Part shown: piece after piece, positions 47,467 through 58,100 of the stretch
Layout: each line of letters opens with the position of its first letter
Numbering within the stretch: the stretch's first letter is position 1
Assembly (NCBI GenBank): GCA_002269645.1
Contig: NIVC01000845.1
Coordinates: forward strand, 124,001-188,000
Length of the DNA: 64,000 bases
Direction: 5' to 3'
Source: Macrostomum lignano
Lineage: Eukaryota
Translations under genes and position numbers: made by a program
The notes under the pieces: model-generated
The model's input: only the letters and a program-made list of their open reading frames with translations
Database searches by the model: none
Told to the model about the DNA's origin: nothing

Positions 47467-47700
47467 GGCTGGTGGCATGAGTTAGCTAATCTGCGGATTA
47501 GCTGATCTCTACCTTCGAAATTCTCCCTGCTTGTCTCTCGCTGTCCCTCTCTTATCTATGGGACCACAGATCAAGCTACCATGGGGCTGACCATCTGACA
47601 GGAGTGGGGGGCCAGGACTCTAATTGATTTATTTCTGAGACCTGAGGCTCGAAGGCTTCCCGCAAGGGGGCCGAAAAGGCCGAAACCCATCATTATTATT
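47467..47700 (+). other. Copy 2 of the dispersed structured element, ending in an (ATT)n tail
   Basis: Hairpin AGCTAATC-TGCG-GATTAGCT at 47484-47503; terminal GGCC-GAAAA-GGCC-GAAAC; tail atcattattatt. Confidence 0.6.
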
Positions 47701-48316
47701 TGATTTTAATTCCACACCCTTCGGTTTGTTAGATGCATGCCAATATTTGTTAGACGGACTCCTTTAGAGCTGTAGAAACACTTCTAGTTCACAAGTAGAA
47801 GAAACACTTCAACACTTCTACATTTTTTAACAAAAGTTAATAAAAAAATGTGCTTCACAAAAGTGCAGTACTATAGAAAAATATGACTAATTTTACTCTC
47901 ACTGTCCTTGCAGTTATTTCAGGTTGCACATGGAGCACCAATTAAACAAATGGTTTGTAGTTCGCTTTGCTCAGAATGCGATGCAAGCCGTCAATGAGCA
48001 GGGCTTGTGCGTCATTACTGCAGCGGGCAAAGAAGAGTCTCCTCTACGTCTATGCTACGGGAGGAAAGTACATGTAGCTGTAGCTGGACGCTCCTCGAGC
48101 AGTTTACAACCTGCTTTGCCTACCTTTGCGCTGATCAGTAACTGCCTCTAAATCATGGGAATAGAGACGGTGAGAATGATCATATGCTTGGACAGCGCCT
48201 GACACTTATTTGTTACAGTAGGCGGCTAGCTTGCAAAACTATAGATTAGAAAATGTGGTATTAGCTGTACAGTATTTGTGTTATGTTTTGTTTTATGAAT
48301 TTCCCTAACTTTTTAG

Positions 48317-48624
48317 GGCCACCGACAATCGGCAACGTGCGACTGGAGCAGATAAACAAAAAGCTCGATAAGTTGATCAGCGCCCAGAGTCACGGTGGTA
48401 GGACGGTTGTACAGGCTACACAAGAAAACACGCCTGAGGCTGAACCACAGGACAGGTTGATGGAGGAGCAAAATGGCATCGCGACTGGACAGGACGGCGA
48501 TGAGGCGGCATGTACAATCTAGTTGAGGAGCTCCCGGCCGTAACAATAAACAAACGGCGACTCGACATCGCCATTCAGGCTAATGCTGCTGCGCTCGATG
48601 TTACGGCAGCCACCAAACTAATAG
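48317..48624 (+). pseudogene. Frameshifted exon-like fragment (coiled coil plus possible BEN-domain start)
   Basis: AG at 48315-48316 and GT at 48625; LEQINKKLDKLIS in one frame and LVEELPAVTINKRRLDIAIQANAAALDVTAATKLI in another. Confidence 0.25.
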
Positions 48625-50741
48625 GTATGGAGGCTTATCACTTTCTACGTAAAGGGCATTTTCCAGATTTTTTCAAACTTAATTATCAATGTCTGTCACT
48701 TCCTTGCAAATATAAAGAAATGATTATCATAATTTGAATTTTTGCAAGCAGTTCAGCGCAAAGCGATATTCAATTAGCTTTCAAATTTTAAATGAGTTTT
48801 TAATTGTACTCTTAAACAAAGATGCTATTTCGATGTTACAGTACAGACTAAGGAGACAGATAGCTTTATTGGCACTCAAAAAATATGCTTATATTATCAA
48901 AAGTGGCAGTGAATCTTAAAATTGCTTGCCGCCACGCAGCATTACAAGTTTTAACTTCGATATATAGTCGACTATTTACGAAGTACTCAAAGTATTCAGT
49001 CCTTAATTTTGATCGGCCTAATGATCCGCCGAATGACTATAGCAACAACAACAAGTTGATTAGTTGAAGTTGAAGCTGCTGCTCTATTACCTTGACGTTG
49101 AAGTATTGGGCAATACAGTGATACTTTAGTCTCTTTATAAGCTTTCATTTTGGCAATTCTTTGTTTGTAGTTGTTACGACAATGTTGTGCACTGCACAGG
49201 AGACACAGGCCGAATTTCCATGAAAACAGGTCAACCCTTAGCCAATTTAGTTTAAGATATGCAAATTTGCAGTGTGAGTGGATTAAAGAGAATTTTCTGT
49301 CATCATTTAAATACCAAGGTTTCAAAATAAATTAAATATAAGTGTTCAAACCTTGTAATTTGGTTTAGTAATTTAGATAATTTATATTTTTATTTAATCC
49401 TTATAAGTTATATACTAGGCCTACTATCTGATAAATAGAGATAAATTATCTTGATAAAAATCAAAGCTGTCTTTTTAATTCTCTTTGTTTTAAAATTATA
49501 TCTTGATTAGGGCTTGTTTTCTATTATTTAAAAAAATTATCATATTTATATCATGCAAATTTTTGTCAATGACTTAAGCTAAAAGTAGACAAATTCAATA
49601 TATAGTAGGCCCCTATTCTCAAATAAAAATAAACTATATCCAATTTGATTTTTTTGAAAAAGTAGATTGCAAAAAATACTTTAATATAATTTAAAATTTT
49701 GATTAGACTAGGCCCTAGTTTAGTTTTTGCTTCTTCAAAAGAGTATAAGTTTTAGTTGCATAAAAACAAATTTGCATTTTAGTTTTAAAAATCAGGCTAT
49801 ACAATTCTATATAATGCCAAAAAGTGTAGTTTAAAGGCTGTAGTTTGCTATAGAAAAATTTGTTGATTGGTATAATATATTGTTTTAGAAATTTATGTCA
49901 AACTTATCAATAACAAATTGATAATACAAGCGTAGTAGTGTTCCACTGCACTGTAACTTGTAAGGAGGGTCCATGACTCCATGTACCGTAGCCATAGCCA
50001 TAAGCAAAACTATAGCTTATTCCAATTCTCCATATTCCATAGCCATAGGGACCCCAATATTACCATATTCTTATAGTTCCTGTAGCCCTAGTTGTAGTTT
50101 TAACAAAAAGTCTAGAAAACAAAATATTTTGAATCAAGAAGATAACATGGTGCTTAAACAACTGCGAATTAAGTTAGAAAATAAAAGAAACACTCAATTG
50201 CCTTTGTAAGACTATGTTTCATCTTCTTATAGAGCAATAATACTTAATTGCTATTGAAAGTACTAATGCTGAACTTTTTCACATTAATAGAGTTTGCTAG
50301 TGTTTTATTGTACTTTATTAGGTACATTCTATAAGTTTCTAAGTTGATAGTACAGTTTACTAAAGTAAATTTGTTTTACTCTACCTGTTTCTAATATTTT
50401 TTCAATTTTTTTTAAATTAATACCTATGGCTATGGGAATCTACAGAATGTAAAAGCAACTACCATATTTCCATAGTTGTAGCCATAAGAGCAGCTAGCTA
50501 CTGTAGGCATATCTGTAGCTGCCATAGGCACCTATTTACCATATTTGCCATAGGATCCTGTAGCTGTAGCTATGGCCATGGCAGAACACTAGATAATAGA
50601 AATGATTGCTAAAAAACTCCTGTCTATTTCTCCAATTTTTCATATAGATATCCTATAGGCTATTGTGCTACTTAAAGTAATATCTAATAAGAAAAGAAAT
50701 ATAAGTTTAACTTCAATTTCCAGCTCATCAGCACCAGCAGA

Positions 50742-51200
50742 ATGCAGCTGCTGCACCCGCTGCTGATTGTCCTCTTGGCCAGCCTGTCTGCTGCCAAGGA
50801 GCTCTACGATGGCCCGCTTGATGACGCCTCGCCAGACGAGACTGACCGGGTGATTCGCCTGGCTGTCATCGAGTCCTGCGGCGGATGACGATTGAACAGC
50901 CTGCCGGAGGTGCGGGCTTTCGTGTACAACGACGTGCCTGAGCTGCGCGACGTGTACTTTAAGCGGGAGCCCGGAGCGCCGCCGATGCTGTGCTATCTGA
51001 ACTCGGCCAGGCGGGTGCTGCAGAGGATTGACGTGTCCGAGATGAGCCGCTCGGACATCAATTCAATGCTGGCCGCTCGCGGCTTCCGCAAAGAGGCCGA
51101 CGCCCAGCAGCAGGGCGCCGAGCGGTCCTACGGAGTGCCAGACGAGGCTCCAAAGCCGATCGTAGATGAGGCGGCGGAGTCTGGCCGGGTTGACCTGTAG
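50742..51200 (+). CDS. SELENOM: Selenoprotein M, 152 aa, Sec at codon 49 (TGA 50886-50888)
   Basis: Signal peptide MQLLHPLLIVLLASLSAA; ESCGGU redox motif followed by RLNSLPEVRAFVYNDVP...EPGAPP...SEMSRSDINSML...GF; C-terminal RVDL (KDEL-like). The ORF track only shows the part after the TGA. Confidence 0.95.
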
Positions 51201-51636
51201 AATCTGCATGGTTTAAGATCGTCCAAAAATTACCCATACTTCTAGATTTTTTAATCTAACAAGTATGGGTACTTTTTATATAATGCCTATGTCGATTTTT
51301 TAATGCACGCCTAAAATTCAACAAGTTTTTTGAGTCATTGGAAAGTGGAGAATTTATCTCTCATTTGAGTGAAAACTTTTCTGCCACGAAGAGGCTGATA
51401 CAAAGAGTTACAAAGAGTACAAAGAGTATCAAAGAGGATCCCTAGCAGCACTGAGATATTAGTGAACAAAAAATCAATAAACTATACTCCGATTCTCCAC
51501 AAATATGGTATTCGCTGCCCTTCGTTAACCATGCAGGCTGGCACTTTGAAAAACGTTTTTTATGAATTTCAATCATAGACAAAACAAATCGCTTGGTTTA
51601 TCAGCATCTCAGCTGGCATCCCTGCCAAATTTCATT

Positions 51637-51850
51637 GAAAGGTCGGGGGTTCGATTCTCGTCCCTACTCGGAACAATTTGTGTCCTTGAGCAAGACAATT
51701 AACTCTGCATTGCTTCAGTTCACCCGGCTGTAAAATGGGTGCCAGCAGTAGCTGGGGTAATTGAGGGTGTGTGAAGCTACCCCCCCATTCCTTGGACTGA
51801 ACAGCCTTGGAATGACTTGAAACTTGTTGAAGCTCAGGCATGCATCAAAT
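51637..51850 (+). mobile_element. 5'-truncated tRNA-derived CORE-type SINE
   Basis: B-box GGTTCGATTC at 51648-51657, followed by tgtgtccttgagcaagacaattaactctgcattgcttcagttcacccggctgtaaaatggg, which resembles the MIR/CORE domain. Confidence 0.75.
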
Positions 51851-52080
51851 ATCTATTAGACAAAGGTATCTCTACATTTGGCCAACCCCTCATATCTGAA
51901 GTAAGCTTACACACTTCATATTCGCTCTCTAGTCGCCATAAAGTACGCTACTTACAATAATTCATCAAATCGGCTTAAATCTCTTATTAGTGCCAAAAAG
52001 AACTTTTGTTGGTTAGTACCGTACTTGCTGCAAATTCCAACTAACGTTCCGGTAAGCCGCACCAGCCGCTCAGCCAGGCG

Positions 52081-52159
52081 ATGACTTTGATGACGCCGTC
52101 GTGTACAAAAATTCCATTAGCGTGGCAATTCTACCGACTGGCCGATTTTTTGTTTTGCA
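52081..52159 (+). promoter_or_regulatory. Candidate type-2 SECIS element of SELENOM
   Basis: ATGAC (52090-52094)/CGAT (52143-52146) non-Watson-Crick core; helix GCC-GTCG-(T)GTA pairing with TAC-CGAC(T)GGC; unpaired AAA; apical mini-stem AATTCC/GG(C)AATT. AATAAA at 52360 downstream. Folded by eye. Confidence 0.75.
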
Positions 52160-52424
52160 CTTTTAATTAAATTGCAAATCAGCCGCCTGCTGGGCCAAGG
52201 TGTGAGGCTGTCGGCCGTTTTTGTTTGAGTTTGGCTGCTCACAGCTGAAATATTTCATATTATATAAAATATATTTACTACTTAGTGAGTAGCGGTATGT
52301 GCCGTACATGGCCATTTATGCAGTGTACTTCTGCAATCTCCTATCTATCCGTTCAACAAAATAAAAATATTTGCCATTTTAGTCTTGACTGCTTTCCCCT
52401 CGGGCATTCTTTTATTTCCAATGC

Positions 52425-52632
52425 AAGATTGGTCAGGCATTTTACATGATTGGTCAGGCATTTTACATGATTGGTCAGGCATTTAACATGATTGGTCAGG
52501 CATTTAACATGATTGGTCAGGCATTTAACATGATTGGTCAGGCATTTTACATGATTGGTCAGGCATATACTACATGATTGGTCAGGCATATACTACATGA
52601 TTGGTCAGGCATATACTACATGATTGGTCAGG
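52425..52632. repeat. 21-bp minisatellite (catgattggtcaggcatttta)n
   Basis: About 10 units. Confidence 0.93.
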
Positions 52633-52683
52633 AATATACAACACGATTGGTCAGAAAATCATGCTAAATGGCTACTGACTTAC

Positions 52684-52942
52684 CAAGTACACGTACCGCT
52701 GCCTAGAATCATACTGGATTCACTGTCGGCCGTGACGATAGTGGGTTGCACTTTTACATGTAAGAGTAAGAGTGAGTCCTTTTGCAGATCTAAGAGCTTT
52801 TTCTCAATAACTCTTGGCTTCTCATGTAGAGTGATGAGTGCACTCTTCCTGCTAATGGCTTGAAAAGGAAAGCAGCTTCTTATGACAGCCATCTCTGTAG
52901 TAAAGTGAGAGACGGGTCCTGTCTGCTCCTTGACGCAGTAGC
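52684..52942 (-). CDS. Isolated internal exon candidate of an unidentified gene
   Basis: Acceptor ttaattttag, donor GTAAGT, open frame GYCVKEQTGPVSHFTTEMAV...GSGTCTW, minisatellites on both sides; partner exons not resolved. Confidence 0.35.
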
Positions 52943-52954
52943 CTAAAATTAATC

Positions 52955-54610
52955 GGTTAAACACAAAATGAATCAGGTAAACACAAAATGGATCGGTCAA
53001 ACACAAAACGAATCGGTTGAACACGAAATGAATCGGTTAGACACAAAATGAATCCCGGTTAAATACGAAATGAATCGGTTAAACACAAAATGAATCGGTT
53101 AAACACAAAATGAATCGGTTGAACACGAAATGAATCGGTTAGACACAAAATGAATCCCGGTTAAATACGAAATGAATCGGTTAAACACAAAATGAATCGG
53201 TTAAACACGAAATGAATCGGTTAAACACAAAATGAATCGGTTAAACACAAAATGAATCGGTTAAACACGAAATGAATCGGTTAAACACGAAATGAATCGG
53301 TTAAACACAAAATGATTCGGTTAAACACGAAATGAATCGGTTAGACTCAAAATGAATCGGTTAAACACGAAATGAATCGGTTAAACACAAAATGAATCGG
53401 TTAAACACAAACTGATTCGGTTAAACACGAAATGAATCGGTTAAACACAAAATGAATCGGTTAAACACGAAATGAATCGGTTAAACACAAAATGAATCGG
53501 TTAAACACGAAATGAATCGGTTAAACACGAAATGAATCGGTTAAACACAAACTGATTCGGTTAAACACAAACTGATTCGGTTAAACACAAACTGATTCGG
53601 TTAAACACAAACTGATTCGGTTAAACACAAAATGAATCGGTTAAACACGAAATGAATCGGTTAAACACAAAATGAATCGGTTAAACACGAAATGAATCGG
53701 TTAAACACGAAATGAATCGGTTAAACACAAAATGATTCGGTTAAACATGAAATGAATCGGTTAAACACAAACTGATTCGGTTAAACACGAAATGAATCGG
53801 TTAGACTCAAAATGAATCGGTTAAACACGAAATGAATCGGTTAAACACAAAATGAATCGGTTAAACACGAAATGAATCGGTTAAACACGAAATGAATCGG
53901 TTAAACACGAAATGAATCGGTTAAACACAAAATGAATCGGTTAAACACGAAATGAATCGGTCAAACACAAAATGAATCGGTTAAACACGAAATGAATCGG
54001 TTAAACACAAAATGAATCGGTTAAACACGAAATGAATCGGTTAAACACAAAATGAATCGGTTAAACACGAAATGAATCGGTTAAACACGAAATGAATCGG
54101 TTAAACACAAAATGAATCGGTTAAACACAAACTGATTCGGTTAAACACAAACTGATTCGGTTAAACACAAACTGATTCGGTTAAACACAAAATGAATCAG
54201 TTAAACACGAAATGAATCGGTTAAACACAAAATGAATAGGTTAAACACGAAATGAATAGGTTAAACACAAAATGAATAGGTTAAACACGAAATGAATCGG
54301 TTAAACACAAAATGAATAGGTTAAACACGAAATGAATCGGTTAAACACAAAATGAATCGGTTAAACACGAAATGAATCGGTTAAACACAAAATGATTCGG
54401 TTAAACACAAACTGATTCGGTTAAACACAAACTGATTCGGTTAAACACAAACTGATTCGGTTAAACACAAACTGAATCGGTTAAACACAAACTGAATCGG
54501 TTAAACACAAACTGATTCGGTTAAACACAAACTGAATCGGTTAAACACAAAATGATTCGGTTGAACACAAAATGAATAGGTTAAACACAAAATGAATCGG
54601 TTGAACACAG
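52955..54610. repeat. 20-bp minisatellite (aatgaatcggttaaacacra), about 80 units
   Basis: Visible directly. Confidence 0.97.
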
Positions 54611-55147
54611 GTGAATTCTAATTCCTTCCTCTCGTTCCCATGCGTACTCAAGGCTTTTGCCTGAGTATAGAAGGGGGTTTGGCTGTGTCCCTGAAGCTTT
54701 GAGAATAATTTCCATTTTGCTCAAAGGGCAGGCGAACCATAAGTTGCCCGTACATTTGCAACGATTACAGCAGAGAGAGGCAGAGAGGGAGCCGTGCGCA
54801 GCAACTCAACGAGCTGCAGATGAAAGGCTACTCAGCTTAATCCATGCGGGCATGGGAGTCTCAAGCGGCATTTTCTTCGCGAGTCTGTTTCGCCTAGGCC
54901 TCGTACCTGAGCATACCTGCGCCAATCCATTATTTACCTTGTCCTCTCCCATCTCCAACTCTCTCTCTGTCTCCGGCTTTGCAGTTTCTCTCTGGATTCT
55001 TGGCGTCCTCCCATGCAATATGGCGATTGGTCCCCGCGCCCTGCATGAGCTTCCCTGCTAAAGGATTTATAGGCAGAAATTTTGGAATTTCCTAACAGCT
55101 TAATATTCGCTTGCCTCAGTCTATAGGAAGTTTATCATTTAAAGAAC

Positions 55148-58100
55148 ATGTTAATTCTGTTATTGATTCTACTGATTGGTCAGCAGGCTGGTGCTGACTC
55201 GGTCAATCGAACCAACGGCACTTCGTCAATGACGTCAACTGGACCACCAGAGCCGAAAGGTGAAACCGCACATAATAAGGAAGGGTTTTATTGCCTTTGG
55301 CACAGTTACAAGCTGGATATTTATGATTTTACTTGTAGTAACGTACGCAGAAGGGGGGGGGCAGTGGCCCCCTGCCAGTTGTTCCCACAAAAATTAAAGT
55401 GGGTGGCCACCAAGGGACAAGGGCGCCAACTAAGAGACAGGGGCGCCCACTAAGGAGATTTCGGCGCCAAGCAAGACACCAAATATCGGCCTCCCTTAGG
55501 GTTGCGGCCCCCTCCAATTATACTTCCTGCGTTCGCCACTGCCTCTTTGTCTTCCTTTGCCTTATCCTTAGCCTTATCCGTAGCCTTATCCTTAGCCTTA
55601 ACCTTAGCCTTAACCTTAGCCTTATCCTTAGCCTTATCCTTAGCTTTATCCTTAGCCTTCACCTTAGGCTTATCCTTAGCCTTAACCTTAGCCTTATCCT
55701 TAGCCTTAGCGGCAAATAATATACTTATTTAATGCTCGATACTCTGCGTCAAAAATCGCAAAGACGAATCCCTCTTTATCTTGGTAGTTCTTACTGTTAA
55801 TTTTGAGGCCTTAATATCAACGTAACTTAGATTGGCTATTTGCACTTTTAGTCTGGTTTGCAACCTTCATTGCCGTGCTAGCCATCAGCCTCATTGGTCT
55901 GGCCGCAGTGTCCCTTGTGCCGCTGGCCCAGTCTGCCTACTACAATCATTTTCTGCAGTTCCTTGTGGCCCTGGCAGTCGGATCCCTGACTGGTGATGCC
56001 ATGCTGCATCTCCTGCCTCATGTGAGCTTTTGGGCCGTGTTTCGAGCGGGAAAGGGGGAGGGTGTGTTGAGGCAGGAAATGGAGGGAGGTGTGTGTGCTG
56101 GGGCAGGAAAGGGAGGGAGGTTGGTGTGTTGGTTCATGAAAGGGAGGGAGGTGGGAGTGCTGGGGTAGGAAATGGAGGGAGGTGGGTGTGCTTGGGCATG
56201 AAAGGGAGGGAGGTGCTTGGGCATGAAAGGGAGAGAGGAGGGCAGGGGGCAGCGCCATAGATTTTATGGGGGGGGGGAAACAAAGCAATGAATTTTACAT
56301 GTACATGTCTAAATTTCTACATGTACATCATTTGGAGAATCGGTGTTGTCAACGATCATTTTGGCGCCGCAGGCACTCATTTCGTTTGCTGGAATTTCCT
56401 CCCCACCCAGGCTATAGTGAAGTCAGCAGTGGAGAGTGCCCACTCGAGGCGGTGGCACAACGAGCGACAGACGGTGTTGAAGGGCCTGGCTGCCCTAGCG
56501 GGTGTCTATTGCTTCTTCATCGCCGAGAAGTTAGTGATTCTGGTCACGGAGTACCGGTCCGAGAAGCAGGCTCTGCGGGTGAGATGTGTTGCCTTAGCAA
56601 TTTAGCATTGACGAATTCGTCCCTGACCAGCTTGTCATTTTTGCTGTACTTTCATCGTGCACTGCGTACTGCAGAATTGGCATATAGGAGTAATAATCTG
56701 CTCGATTCGAGCTCCCTTTCAAGCCTCGCCCTGCACAAATCCTGTGTTTTTACAATATCCCATCGAGTTTGACGATGGTCCCGGGGTGTGGGAGCTGCTG
56801 CTTCCCTTCCTTTAGTCTGCACTCGCCTGTCCTTTTATCCTCCCAGTCATAAATCTGAAGCACGACCTCTCTCAGGGCCGGATGGAATATATCTGTAGAC
56901 GGACGTTGCGTGCAAACCGGATTTCCACCTTGGAGAAAAACTCATCACATTTTCCTCAGCCCGTGAAATTTTTAATTTTGTCACGTTGGCAAAGCATTCG
57001 TTCAACTTTAAATCGCGTCTTCGTTGATTATCTAGACGAGCACGAAAATTTATCATCCGGTTGTAGCTTTGGTGCTTTTCTTCTTTTTTAGAGGGGCGCT
57101 TAGAAACATATAATCACGTGACCATAAATAACTCTCATCAAGCAAAACGTCGCCCAATCTGAATCAATGTACACCGCTGCCCACCTCACTCCCGAATCTG
57201 AATCATGTACACCGCTGCCACCTCACTCCCGAATCCTGAATCAATGTACACCGCTGCCCACCTCAACTCCCCCATCTGAATCCATGTACACCGCTGCCCA
57301 CCTCACTCCCGAATCTGAATCAATGTACACCGCTGCCCACCTCACTCCCCCATCTGAATCAATGTACACCGCCGCCCACCTCACTCCCTGATCCTGCCCA
57401 ATCTAGGAGCAGCTGCAAGCTGAACCAGACAGCGCTCCATCCGACGGCTTGGCTGTTTTAGACCGTCAGAGGCGTCGAGTTTCTCGAATGTACGGCGAAA
57501 AATCCTGCGACGAGCTGATCACCACTGGGCTCGGCAGCAAGGGTGAGATGAGAGTCTCACTTGTAGCCCGCGTGCAACTCGGCCATATAATTAAAGTATC
57601 TAATCAGAGAGTGAAAGCAGAAAATGCCACTGACGCTTTCACGGTTTCAAAGCTGTTTCATCATAATTTTCTCGCGCAAATATAACCCGCCCGCTCGCTT
57701 CCCCGCGCGGATCCTAATAATTAGGCGGGAGTAGAGAGGAAAGAAGTTTCTTGTGGCGGGATGAGAAACGAATTTTCGAAGCGGATTCCCTGGGGCCGAG
57801 GGCGAGCCTTCTTGATTAGCCTGGCGAAGGCACAACTCGCTCGCATGCTTTAGCGCTGGAATAATTTTAAGCATGGGGTTTTCCTGCTGTGGGGATCATT
57901 AGATTTTCATTACTTAATAATTACGCTCGTATATCTACAATGTACATACAGTACTGGTGTGAACTGAAGTACGCGCGCCTGCCACACTAGGTAGCTTATA
58001 ATATACCCGAAATTTACTCGAAATTCTACTCATATTTACCCACGTTTGTACCCCAAGTACTTAAAATTGCATCCAGGTACCCAAATTGTACCTAAGTACC

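Noticed and set aside
47640-47688. Canonical hammerhead ribozyme
   Set aside because: Stem II and GAAAC are present, but CUGANGA is not adjacent; kept only as a structured-element finding.
51369-51400. Alternative SECIS (GTGAAAACTTTTCTGCCACGAAGAGGCTGAT)
   Set aside because: Helix II is too short and poorly paired compared with the 52090-52146 candidate.
51641-51670. tRNA gene
   Set aside because: Only a B-box/T-arm followed by a CORE-like domain, so it is a SINE with no cloverleaf.
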